64,000 nucleotides of DNA from Mytilus trossulus. Lineage: Eukaryota. Position 1 is the first letter of the stretch; each line of letters begins with the position of its first letter. The position numbers and the translations under genes were made by a program. The stretch is from NCBI RefSeq assembly GCF_036588685.1, contig NC_086381.1:47802001-47866000 (forward strand), given 5' to 3'. The notes beneath the pieces are model-generated. The model saw only the letters and a list, made by a program, of their open reading frames with translations, ran no database searches and had not been told where the DNA came from. Below are positions 24,401 through 37,448 of the stretch, one piece after another.

Positions 24401-27400
24401 TTCTGTGATAAGGTACCAGGGAATTGTGTTCGAAAAGTGCAATAAAAGACTTTCAGTTTAACAGTTGTTAAGATGTTATCATTTTGTATCAAATTATTAA
24501 TAAATGTCATGACATATTTCTCGTATATTTTATTCATCTTTTTGAGATCAAATCTGTTTCTCGACAATCCCACAGCAAACCTTAATATTTAAAAAACTGT
24601 TATATTAGCCCGTGTTATACAAACACATATATCTACTCATCAATTTTAATAAGAAATTGATTTGAGGATCTAATTGAATAACATGTATGATCAAAGAAAC
24701 TTTAAAGTTCCGTGAAGTATAACAGATTATAAAAATCGACTTAGCTATGTCGGTTCATGGCAAGAACTTCAATATTTTACAAACGGCATTCTAGTTCTGC
24801 GGTAACACTAGGTTAAAAAGAAGCCTATGTGATCGAGACATTTCATAAGTGGTGGCCTACTGACTGCCTTATACGGGTTAGCCCCAGTCATGCTTCGTGA
24901 TTTAGTGATTCAGTATATAAGTAGCCAAACTATTCCCGCTATAAATAGGGTGAGGCTTGGTCCCTTCCTAGATGGGTCTATAGGACGACCCAGGGAATTC
25001 AACCACATATATATATATTCAATAAATATACATCAGAATGCTGTTGATTATATGTAGCAATTTACACTGTTCCAGGTCCTATTGTTTTCCACATAATTCT
25101 CTGCTGTTTCATGACACCTCATGTAGCCCAAAAATCACATAATGCAGACTCAATGGCAGAGTATTATCGCAATACAATAACATATCTATTTACCTTTATT
25201 TTTAATATATTTTTGCTGTATAACATCAATTGAATTTACAATATAAATACAAAAACCTCGAAGAAGGATCTGCGTGATTTTATTTGTTGAAAATCGTAAA
25301 CTGGAATTTAAAAAAAAAAAACGCATATATAGGTGTAATACAGGAATACATTGCTTGTGTAGCTTTATACACCTTAATACAACTATATTGTAATGGTATA
25401 TTACGTTTTACCATTTTACGTAAAATTTTATTTTCCTTTGTAGACGGCGGATATTCATTCCCCAATGAGTATTTGATAACAGTATAGTCCTATTAAAACA
25501 TTACATTAAACAAAGAATCAGGGGAAAGGTTACAAAATAGAAGACAAATGCAACACTTATTGGCGAAATGGACTGACAACCGACATTTAAACCGAATGTT
25601 CTTATCAAAGAAATCAAAAAATAATTCATTGCTTAACGTCTAAAATTCGTTTTAAAAAGTATAGACAAATATTTGTTTTCGAATGTATAATGCATGATTC
25701 ATTGGAAATTATATCTCTATCAAATGCACTACAATTGATACGAGTGCTTTGCCTTTACTTAACAAAGTGCAACAACTAGATTACCGTTCATGATCAAATT
25801 ATGCCGAAGAAGATTTATAAACTAAAGCTGCTGAACAAGGTTAATCTTATAATGTCATTTATTTTTTAGCTTAAATAACAACATTAAATCAAGATTCTAG
25901 TTATATGTTCTGACATTCAAATTATTCATACCGATTTAGTATGTTTTTAAGTAATTTAGATTTAATGCAATGCAAAATTGCTGTTTTCTAGGTAATCAAA
26001 TGAATATAACCCCACTAAAATTTGCCATCTTTGTCACTCGTTATTTGCCGCTACAATGCGCTGCTACTAATCATTCTACATCAAAAGATAATATTAGTAA
26101 CTCAAGCTTAAGAAACACAAAACTGAGGTAATTTGATGTGTATTTACTTAATATTGCTAAATCATTACTTAATATTACGAGCAGAATGATGTGGTGTGAT
26201 TTCAAATAAGATACCTCTCCTCAAGTCCATGTCTAAAGTAAAGTAGCTTGTCCCTGGCGTTGAAAATATATGATGTAATGAATGTATTCGCATCATAAAT
26301 AGACTCGATTTGTTATTCAAACACAAATGCAACTTTTTTGTTTATAAATTTCCGGACAAGTGTTAACATACCTGAAGTTGTTTTGAATTTTCAGTTTATA
26401 AATTATAAGATTAAACTGAAATCTAGATTGCATTTCCATCTACCTGGATTAAATGTTAATGTAGAAATATTTGTATGTTTAATTCTTTTTTCATGGTAAA
26501 ATGTAGTGCATGTCATCCAGTTTGTTTGCGACCGTTGAATGTCGTTCTTGAAACACTAAGCGCAAGCACATACATAATAAATTTTAAATAGATAACATCA
26601 AATAATATCAAATTTTAAATAGCACCAAACTCACTAGACAATATTCAAATGACATAAATACAGACGTAATAGTGTAGCTCTTAAAAGTAAAAGAGCTTTT
26701 ATTTGTTTTAGTACTGTATCTAAAGAAAAAAAGATTAACATTCTACCAATGAAGCTTTTTTCTATTACTTTTCCGGATTATTGTGAAGGGTATTACAACT
26801 TCAATCAATTATCTTCGCTATTACTTTTAGAACAGTTTGTAAATTATCTGAGGATACTACCATTTATTGTGCTGACTTAAAAATTAACCGTAACGCAGGT
26901 AGGCATAAATTAAGTTATAATACATGTAGGACAACTGCAATGTGAAGACATCAGAAATGATAATCTGTATTAATGGAGACTTTATTAGTTATCATGATGC
27001 TGTTCTATCATCCTGCAATCTAACAAATCTATCATTGTTCTGTTCGGTATTACCAAATAAACTGTTAACTACAATCGTGTAATCAACCGTCGAGGTGTAA
27101 TGTAACGTTTTGATACTATATAAACTCTCTGCTATTGTTCGGAAACACCCAACGCTAGTAATGGCATAAGCTGTTTCTGTGATGATTCGTGTTACATTAC
27201 GCTTTTAGAATTAAACGCTTCAATGGCTTGCGTACGGTATCAACAGTATACATATAATATTATTATTACAATATCTATCCAATTGTTCTGTCAGTGATTT
27301 TATGGTTGTAAGAGTTTTAAAGGTTGATTCATTCATACGTCTTTTTTTAGTTGTATTTTAAGTATCACCATCAGTGTATGTTTTCAACGTTGAATACACT

Positions 27401-30400
27401 AAACTGAAATTAATCTGTTTAATATGGTTGCGTGATTTGAAGTTTAAATACAAATCATATATGAAATATATATGGAGGCATTCAGCTGATTATTGTAAGG
27501 CATAATTGACAGTCTAATAAGGATTTTTCTCAATTAATATGCTATTACTAATTCATCGGGTGGTCTAATGAATACTACTGAGTGTCATGGTTCTTGTTTT
27601 TTAATCCAATGCTGTGGTTCAAACGACAATGAAAACAAAAAATACTGGCGATATAACACTATGTTTGGGTTATGTTTTGGTTGATCTATGCCATTTGCAT
27701 TTATTTACCTCTACCTCCATTCATATCATCAACATGTATGATAGCTTTGTTGTCTTTATTCATGTCCGTCTTATATATTTTCTGTGAAATGTAAAGTTAT
27801 ATATGACGTCATTAGTTTTCCTGTGTGATCTTTTTCACCTCTGTTATATTTGGGTCTTTCACAAGTGACTGTACTTAATCTTATTTTTCAGTATCAAATT
27901 TATTTGAAAATGTTTAATTGCTTATATCTTTGCCCTTTTGAACTCTGGTGGATAGTTATCAATTATAATAACTCCTTATTTATATATATATTGTATAACG
28001 ATAAATTGATAGCAGTAATCAATTTGTGTTCTTTTTATGTCACTAAATTGTTATGCTTTAAGCTCGTACGGTTTTCTCCATGTACGCAATTATTTCATGT
28101 TATTCATTTCCGAAACAAATAACAAAATTTCTTTAAGGTATAATGATACATCCGATTTGCTTGCCATAACAGCATCAGAGTAATTGATTGTTGTTTTATC
28201 CATTCAATTTCTACACGAACTGGTTAAAACATTAGGAATAAAAAAGTAAATGTCTTGCGGATGACTACGTGTTAAATAAATACGTTAGTACAGCCAGACC
28301 GAAAAATAATAAGGCCATAAGCAAACTATGAAAATAAGCCGTTATTTATTGTTTTCTGATAATAAAAAAAAACACAAACACATATCGTGGCTTTAATAAT
28401 AATATTTAGAAATTAGAAAAAAAACAGGTTAGCATGATTAGTGGAGCATGGCAGAAGCATAGCCTATCATATATATGCACACACTACTCTGCTCAAGTTA
28501 AGCTTTAAATGAAAAACCCAAAATATAAAAGATGTTAAACGTGCAATAGCACAGAAACCAAAATTGCCCAAATAAGAATGAACTGTATCAATTGATGTTT
28601 TAAGAGAGTGGCACCACTACCTCAACTGCTTTAATATTATTGTATGTATTTAGCAGAGGGTTGGTCAGTGTTCTCTTTATATTAGTTTTACATGTGCAAA
28701 AACAAGAAACATACATAATTTGAAAAATTAAAGGACCTTTTGAAAAGTTTAAAGATTTACTAAACAATTTTCAATTATCAATATCTTCACAATTACAGTC
28801 AACGCTGTTCGCCGCCCTGGAAATGAAATATAAAATAGTTTTTATTTTAATTTTGCATTGGATGCTTATCATCTCTTAATATAAATCAGAATACGTTATA
28901 TACATTCATAAGGCTTTCCAGGTTTGACACTCCGTTTTTATCTTAGTGCCATTTTCACGATCTGCTAAATGTTGATTTTCACTTTAAAAGCATAGAAATA
29001 AAGTATAAAAACGTAGCTAATTTTGAAATGATATACACACTAACATCACTTATTTGATCACTAAAATATCAATTTGAAATACTAGCAAAGACAAATTCAT
29101 TTTCTTATATTTTAGAGAAAACGTTATAAATCTAAAGTAGTTGCGATAAAAACGTTTGTATAGTATCAAAGAAATCAAACAGTAATATGACTAACTCCTA
29201 CGCTTGAATCCGTTTTACTGTACCTTCATATTCTGATTTTACTTAATGGATTTGTTAAACAGAATGAAAGTGATCTAGCAACTTCACTCACAAGAATATG
29301 GTACTTCACATTTGCTTTTATGTTATTGATAGATGACTTGGTGAATTATTTGTTACTTGACAGTTTAAAAACTGCTTAAATAAAATGAATTTTAGTAGTC
29401 TCTAGTAGGCAATTAAACTGATTAGCAATTTCCTTGATATTCATATGATTAGAAACAGAATATAAAACACTTTTTCCTACAATTTCCTGTGCAACATTGA
29501 ATGTAATAAGTACTTCAAATAATTAATACCCTACTTATTCAACGTACAGAGGGATATTTAATATATCTGTTAAATCTTATTCAAAGCTACTAATCCATTA
29601 AACTCTTAATGTTGCAGACAATACAATAAATACTTCAACCTGCCAACGTTTCAAAAATTTTCGAATAATTCATGTCACTGCTATATATATATATGAAAAC
29701 TTAATCTGGAAACTTAAAAATTCAATTTTAGACCTGTTATCTTGAATAATGGCTTAAATACATAAATATTATTTTACCTTGCGATATAGGTTTAAAATAA
29801 AACACATGCACTCTTTGTTGCATAATACTTAACTATAAAGGAACAAATTTCAACTTTCATACCAGATTATAGCAATGTACAGCGAATATACCATAGTAGT
29901 AATTTGTCGAAAAACATGGTGCAACCTTTCTCATTATATCTCACTTTGTCAACATACCCTTAAAGGATGACTGCTTTTCATGTTTCAGAATGTTTGCCTG
30001 ATTCTCGAAATATTCTGTTTTAATCTATGTATTGCAACAAAAAAAAAATGTATTGTCCACTTACCCCGACATCTCTTCCATAATTGTATAATGTTAAATT
30101 GTTAAAGTTAAAAAAACATATTTTGAAATTAAAAAAAAAGTTTCATAGTACTGTTAGGTCAGACATAATTGTGAAAAATGCGAGAGGGTCATAATCGCAA
30201 AAATGTAAACTTTTTTTTTATATGAATTAAACCGTATTTTTTCAATATCGAAAAAAATTGTGTTTTAGTCTAACATAAAAAGATCGCAATAATTAATGCT
30301 CGCAATAATTTCTGAATTTACAGTATTTGAAACAAAAATGCGACAACAGAATCATATATCAAATTTTAAATTGCTTATATCTCGAAAACAAGCATTCCAA

Positions 30401-30455
30401 CCCATCATTGTTCTACTTCTTAAGTTTCTGTCACAATTTCATTTAAGAACAATCT

Positions 30456-30935
30456 TTTTCTACCTCAGACATAGATTTCCTTAGCTGGATTTCGGCCCTC
30501 AATGCTCTTCAACTTCGTACTTTATTTGGCCCTTTTAACTTTTTTGGATTCGAGCGTCACTGAGTTTTTTGTAGACGAAATGCGAGTCTGGCGTATACAC
30601 TAAATTTAGTCCTGGTATCTATGATGAGTTTATTTTCAACCACTGGGTCGATGCCACTGCTGGTGGAGATTTTATAGACTATCACAAGCCCAGTAGTCAG
30701 CACTTTTTGTTTACAATTTTTTGAATTTCTTGAAATACCAAGGCTTTTCTACCTGAGGCACAGATTACCTTAGCTTGGCAAAAATTTAGGAATTTTGGTC
30801 CTCAATGCTCTTCAACTTCGTACTTTATTTTGCTTTTTTAACTTTTTTGGATTCGAGCGTCACTGAGTCTTCTGTAGACGAAACGCGAGTCTGGCGTATA
30901 TCTATAATTTAGTCCTGGTATATTTGAAGAGTTTA
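30456..30935 (+). mobile_element. Retrozyme tandem insertion (~1.6 units) with two defective hammerheads
   Basis: Same family as 53161-53584. HHR-like motifs at 30554-30594 and 30857-30897 both read CUGA instead of CUGAUGA. Confidence 0.85.
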
Positions 30936-33900
30936 ATTAACATGTTTAAAAGGTGTTTTTTTTTAAAAGAGTAGCAAATATCCTTAAACATTGTATATTG
31001 ATTATATTTCACAACGAAAACCCTTTATAACGATATTAACTCATTCGATAAAGTTGATTTTTCAATTTTTCAAATTTGAAAATCTAATTTTTTAGTATTT
31101 ATAATTTTTAGACTTGCAAAGAGTTAGTCTTTTCTTCACTAATATTATATATGAAAATTGATGAGTTTAATTTTCCGAACAGACTTGAAAAAAATGGTAC
31201 TTGACACGTTAAATCAACGTGCGGTATATGAAAATACATTAAACTGATCAGAACTAGTTTGAATATACAAAGACACAAAATAAGCTTTTAGTACAAAAGA
31301 GTCAAACGCCTCTTTATTTAAAGTATCAATTTTGGGCAATAAAAGAAACACTCTATTGAATTACTTAGTTTGTACGGTGACATTGCACAAGACATGAGAG
31401 ATACAGTTCAATCTAATTGTATAACTTTTTGTACTTAATATATGTCCGAAGTATGGTGTTTGTTTAACACTAATCATTAAGTACGGAAGTGAACCCAACC
31501 AAAGGCAGTTGTGTTAATGTTAATCCGTACCTTGACTCTTGTGGACTTGGTTATTCATGTCCCTTTCAATTTCAAAACGCTGTTGATATAAACAATTGAA
31601 TGAGATGCGATTGAATTGTCACTAAAATATTCCAACACAACACACAATCTGAAGATCTTTAGAGGTTATACATTTAACCTTTTTAACTATTACATGATTA
31701 TATCTGCAATACGTTCAGTCACACATTACAAAACATAGGAATGTAGTCAATAATTGACGAGCACTTATAGAAGGTAGTTAAACATATGTTAAAAAGGTCC
31801 TAACACAGGCACAAATGCAAGCCATAAACATTTTCAACGCCCATATTGTTCATGTCTTATCGTAATCATCAGAGATTATAAATGGTTATATGTTTGTTTG
31901 AACTAAAAAAAAAGGTTAAAAATTAATATTGTTAATACGTACGTACGTTAGTACTGAATACCCAACTGGGTTGCTATATTTTTTTTATATAATTTTAATT
32001 TTGCTTTCACTATAAATGAATTATCTATAGAATCATTCAGCTTTTATCTATTTATATTAAGGATTCAATATTTGATACATTTTTTTCATTATTTTTCATC
32101 AATTTGAAAAATATACGTATAAAAAGTGTAAAAATAAAAAAAGATTTAAAACAAAAAGAGCGATATGACACATTAAGGTCATATTGATTAAGGTCTGTAT
32201 CTTGAATTGTATTTAAGAAAATTTTACCTCATGTCCTAATTTTTATATATTAAGTTATGGGGAAAAAATGTCATTGTATTATAAATATTTAAGATATGTT
32301 ACAGTGAACACAAAAGTTTAAATTTAAAGGAATGTTAGTTTGTAAATTTGGGGAAAACAATCTCAATTTGAAGCCTTTAAATAGATGTAACTATAAAGGG
32401 TTTCGATCATATTGTTTGAACTCGATTTTGCAGATGGCTATAAAATTAGATACTAACAGTCCGTAGTTACGTTCGTTCTTTACAGTATCAACAAAAACAA
32501 CAATGGTCAATTAACCCGTGTGTTATGGTATCAGTTTTACAAAATTGTCTGGTTGCTTTAATAGATAATTGTCCGCCTTATTCTTATGATAATGGCTATT
32601 AGGTAGTTCAATATCATCCACATGACGTATAATTGAAGGAGAAGGAAACCATTAAGGTCCATATAAGCCAATACTTTTCTGCATTAATGCTTTCAAACAA
32701 TGTCTTTTTTCAACACGTTATTAGCTCGATTTGAACAATTACGACACTATGTCATATTAGCAATGCAAATATACAAATTTAACTTTAAGTTTAGCTGAAC
32801 TTGGATGTATTTACAAACTATAAAATTTCGAACACCTTTTTATACAGTATAGGTGTGAATATGAAAGAACAGTTACGACAATAAGCAAAATATAAATCTT
32901 GTTATTCAAGATCATTGCATATTATGAGACATTATCATCCAAATAAATATCAAGATAATGTGGGGCCTCGCAAAAAGGCCTTTGACACCTCATATTACGG
33001 GATGGAATCAAATAGAACTGTTTTGGTTTACGGTAATGGATGTTACTTTACAGTTAAATCTTACATTATTGTTTGAGAACAACATACAATGTAAATGGTT
33101 AGAGTTGAACGAAACAGTTTGGAATCATATTGCAACATTATTTATAAAAATAAGGATTTACGGTATATATGCTTACGACATGATATCAATTGCAAATTCG
33201 AACTAATACGTTGAAAACAAATTGACATTACTATAAACAGGGAACTAAGACCGAGTTGCGACAATGTGATTACATGAGTTACTTATTGACTCATTGTTAC
33301 CTTGGCATTTACAATGGTAACAAATAACAGCAAGTATATAAAATGCGACATCACCTAACCTGATATACATAAAGTATGCAATATTACACAATAATTTTAT
33401 CTTTACAATTTGATGTGCCATCTAATGTTGGCGTTTGATGTTGTATTAAAAAAAAAAGCATGACCATTATTTTCAAAAGATCACTCAAATCGTTTTCTGT
33501 TGTTTTTTGAATATCATATACATAATGACTATCGGTATTTTTCTTAGCAAGCGTTCTGATGAACAATACATCAGTAATAGCAAAGGTGAATATAGTGAAT
33601 ATAGGCACGTATTTCATCGCAGATTTCAACAAACAATTAATCGGTAATAGTATGGAGGATATATAGTGACAAAAGAAAATCAAATGCTTCGAACATTTTA
33701 TTCTTAATATAAGTGTTTTATTGAAGAACAAAATGTATCAACGAACAAGCAATCCGTTATATTATAGATAATTATAGTGATGAAAGACATGTACACATCG
33801 ATTATCATGATGACCAGAAGCGATCTGAGTAAATTAATGAGTATGTATAGGTACTGGAAAGCAAGCTCTGTTGTTTATATCTTAAACAGGTAGTCAAAGT

Positions 33901-34214
33901 GAAATTAGACAAAACTAATAATAATCAGGAAACTAGGATACTTATTTCTTAAGTCTGCCTAACACGACTACAAATAATTACATTATCGAATTTATTGCTA
34001 ATTTCATACAGACAATGCATGTAAACAGGGTTAAGTTAGGTTGCACTAACACTAGTTTTGATTTATTTTTTGCTGCATAAAAAATGCATGTGCAAATGTA
34101 CCAAATCAGGAAAACTTTGGCAGTTTCCGCTTGCTTAATCTGCTTGAGCTTTTGATTTTGCAATTTCGAAATTGCTTTTTAGTTTATATTTTTGTTTATT
34201 TGGGATTAGTATCT

Positions 34215-34435
34215 AGTATGTATTGTGTGTTATGTGATCGTATAAAAGTGGTAGATTTAGCGCTATAAAACCAAGTTCAATCAATCATTTTCTACATTTG
34301 AAAATGCTTTTACCAAGTCAGAAATATGAAAGTTGTTGTCCAATCGTTTGATGAGTTTTGTCATTTGATTTTACCATATGATTAGGGACTTTCCGATTGA
34401 ATTTCTTCGGAGTTCAGTATTTTTTGTGATTTACA
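34215..34435 (+). mobile_element. Dispersed retroelement 3' fragment, family 4 (also ~42272-42388 +, ~55305-55420 -, degenerate ~13390-13520)
   Basis: Shared string gttgttgtcca.tcgtttgatg.gtttt.tcatttgatttt.ccat.tgattagggactt... Confidence 0.7.
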
Positions 34436-34994
34436 TTATACTAGACCATTGTTAGCAACAACAAAAAACCAACTGAACATATAAATCAATGTCGTTTTAA
34501 ACACCTTATCTTCAACATTTCTAGTCATAATCAAATTAAAATAGATTTAAAAAAGGTTTTAAAAATTCTATTCTATCGTGGTCCACTACAATTTTGTATT
34601 GCATTAGTTAACATGTGGAGGTTTAATGTAGCTTTAAATAAAAAAAAATATATAATGAGTTTGGTGTTACATAAAATGATTTTCAAATGGAAACCTTTGT
34701 TAAATACATTCGCAATTTGTTTCATTCAGAATGATTGACTGTAATTTTTTAACATCACGTGTCAAATAGAGCATGCATGATCAGACTCATAACAATATAG
34801 GTATGGTATGTACTATTGGTTCGTCATGGTTGTCTTAAAGCTCATTTTTTCGATATGGAATAAATGTCAAAGTCTTCTAAAGCAATAGTGTATCGATAAA
34901 GCACAAAACACTGCATGTCAACTAAGTACAATTGTAGATGTTAGAGGTTTGTATAATGTAATAGTAATATAGAAAAACGACACAACTCCAGTCA

Positions 34995-35130
34995 ATAGCC
35001 AGTCAACACTAAGGTTGTGAGTTCTAACCCCGCTCCGAATCAAAGCTTTATTGACTAGGCTTGTCAGTTTTTATAGTTTTCTCCAGGCTGCATCCACCAT
35101 TTATAACTGACCGCCACTAAATAGCTTACA
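34995..35130 (+). mobile_element. tRNA-derived SINE remnant (related pieces at ~1668-1700, ~38082-38160, ~46325-46410 -)
   Basis: agccagtcaacact.aggttgtg.gttc..acccc is B-box-like and shared with 38125-38160. ggtggctgaatgttctaag at ~1678 is A-box-like. The tail reads tccacca.ttataactgaccgccac..aatagc. Confidence 0.55.
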
Positions 35131-35887
35131 TAGTTTACATATACTTTACCTTTTGTGTTTGCTCTTTGTTGAAGAATTTTGAATATTATGCATGGAAAAT
35201 GTAAAACATCATGTTAAAAGGATACTAAATTCATAAAAAAATACTTTACTTAATTTAGACGTATTCTTTATTAGGCATTAGTTGTGAAGTGTATACTAAT
35301 GCAAGGGAACCGTAACTTATGTTACCAATGTCATTTTTAAGTTACGGGTTTTTAAAATATAACTTTAAATATACGATCGTCTTAGAGTAATGACTTAATG
35401 GACAATACAATTATTTTTGTAATGATACATTGATTGGTGATTATGTAACAACCAGTAGCAAAAAGTTAATGCATGGTAAGAACGAGAAGATTATTGCATT
35501 TAAATTCGTCAGTTTGCACTGTTAATATGAAAAAAACGCTTGTAACATAATTTGATATATATTTAGTCGATAGTATCCTTACCTGCATTTGCTATCTTTT
35601 TGTTATATTTTCTTCGATTAAAATAAAATGCACACATCGTATTTTGTATTGTTATCATACAACGCTCGACATATACAAGTCGGCACATATTGAATATATA
35701 TCACATACTAAAATCAATTTCTAGATGTTGAGAACACTGTTTCATTTTCATTCACCAGTTCGAATCATTGATAAATCCTTAAAATATGTATTTTAAATTA
35801 ATCTGGAAGTAGACTATTTGCTTTAATAGTGGACAAATGAAATGTGTATTGATAAATGAATACACATTATTATAACGTAAAATAGTA

Positions 35888-36040
35888 CAGGAGGGACAAA
35901 AGATACCAGAGCGACAGTCAAACTCATTAAGTCAAAAATAAACTGACAATGCCATGGCTAAAAATGAAAAAGACAAACAGACAAAAAAAAAAGTGTACAT
36001 GACACAACAGAGAAAACTAAAGAATAAGCAACATAACCCC
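35888..36040 (-). mobile_element. Family-1 PLE 3' fragment
   Basis: gagggacaaaagatacca...gccatggctaaaaatgaaaaagacaaacag matches 50514-50660. Confidence 0.85.
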
Positions 36041-36619
36041 ATCTGCGACTTAAAATTAAATTTTAATTTGTCATCGTTGTTCTGTCGTTTAACAATTAAT
36101 TATAACGAAAAAAAATCCACGATGAATCCATACAGGAAATACATTTGTACATTTTTTATACAAGGGAAAATTAAATATCTATTATTTTTCTGGAGTAAGA
36201 AAATGATAAGTTGTGAATTGCTTTTTGGTGCAAAAGGATATCACCCAAAGATGTCTACTGGTTATGCTAGATGCATTGAAGTTATTAAAAAAAACATATT
36301 ACGGTAGTTTTAATTGCAATGTTAGCAGGTCATTAGTTGAAACAGTTTAAACTTTATTAAAGTTTTTGTCATGGATGAACGTTTTTATCTTAATATTTCG
36401 TTTGTGTCATCTTCATGCTAAGCGATGCCTGAAATTGTATCATACATTTTTATCCAGTATGTTTGTTGTTTATTGCTACATGATGTATAAGTTTTTAAAA
36501 TATATAACCTGACATTAAGTATAAATTAATTGAATTCACTGTCGATTTTTTAAGTATACAACATTTATGTTCGTTCTACCTTATAATAATAGTGATTATC
36601 ATTATTTAACATCAAGTTT

Positions 36620-37448
36620 CTTCTTAGGAAGAAAGATAAGAAGTTAGCAATATCCTTTAACTCTACTTTCCGCTATATAGATGACGTTCTTTCACTAAAC
36701 AATTCAAAATTTGGTGACTATGTGGAACGCATCTATCCCATCGAATTGGAGATAAAGGATACTACAGATACAGTTAAGTCAGCTTCATTTCTTGACTTAC
36801 ATCTAGAAATTGACAATGAGGGTCGGTTGAAGACAAAACTTTACGACAAAAGAGATGATTTCAGTTTTCCAATTGTGAACTTTCCATTTCTAAGTAGCAA
36901 CATTCCAGCAGCACCTGCATACGGGGTATATATCTCTCAATTGATACGATATTCCCGTGCTTGCATTTCCTATCAAGATTTTCTTGATAGAGGGTAACTT
37001 CTCACAAGGAAGCTATTAAATCAAGAGTTCCAAATGGTGAAGTTGAAATCATCCCTTCGTAAATTTTACGGACGCCATCACGAGTTGGTTGACCGTTATG
37101 GAATAACCGATTCACAAATGATATCGGATATGTTCCTTACGTCATAACTACAACCCCCTTCCCTTTCTTGAATTTGACCTACCGAATTAGACTATTTACC
37201 GGATTTGTAATCACATAAGCAACACGACGGGTGCCGCATGTGGAGCAGGATCTGCTTACCCTTCCGGAGCACCTAAAATCACCCCTAGTTTTTGGTGGGG
37301 TTCGTGTTGTTTATTCTTTAGTTTTCTATGATGTGTCATGTGTAATATTGTTTTTCTGTTTGTCTTTTTCATTTTTAGCCATGGCGTTGTCAGTTTGCTT
37401 TAGATTTATGAGTTTGACTGTCCCTTTGGTATCTTTCGTCCCTCTTTT
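36620..37448 (+). mobile_element. 5'-truncated Penelope-like retroelement, family 1
   Basis: Near-identical to 50510-51335 in the opposite orientation. Encodes LLRKKDKKLAISFNSTFRYIDD...SQLIRYSRAC with a premature TAA at ~36995. The empty site is visible in copy 2 (catcaagcttcaaatattgg, ~19533). Confidence 0.92.

Larger units (their letters stand above)
19075..35000. repeat. Segmental duplication unit, copy 2 (lacks block A, carries a 3-kb insertion at ~19652-22668)
   Basis: Collinear blocks matching copy 1 from ~630 to ~14050, with private insertions. Confidence 0.88.
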
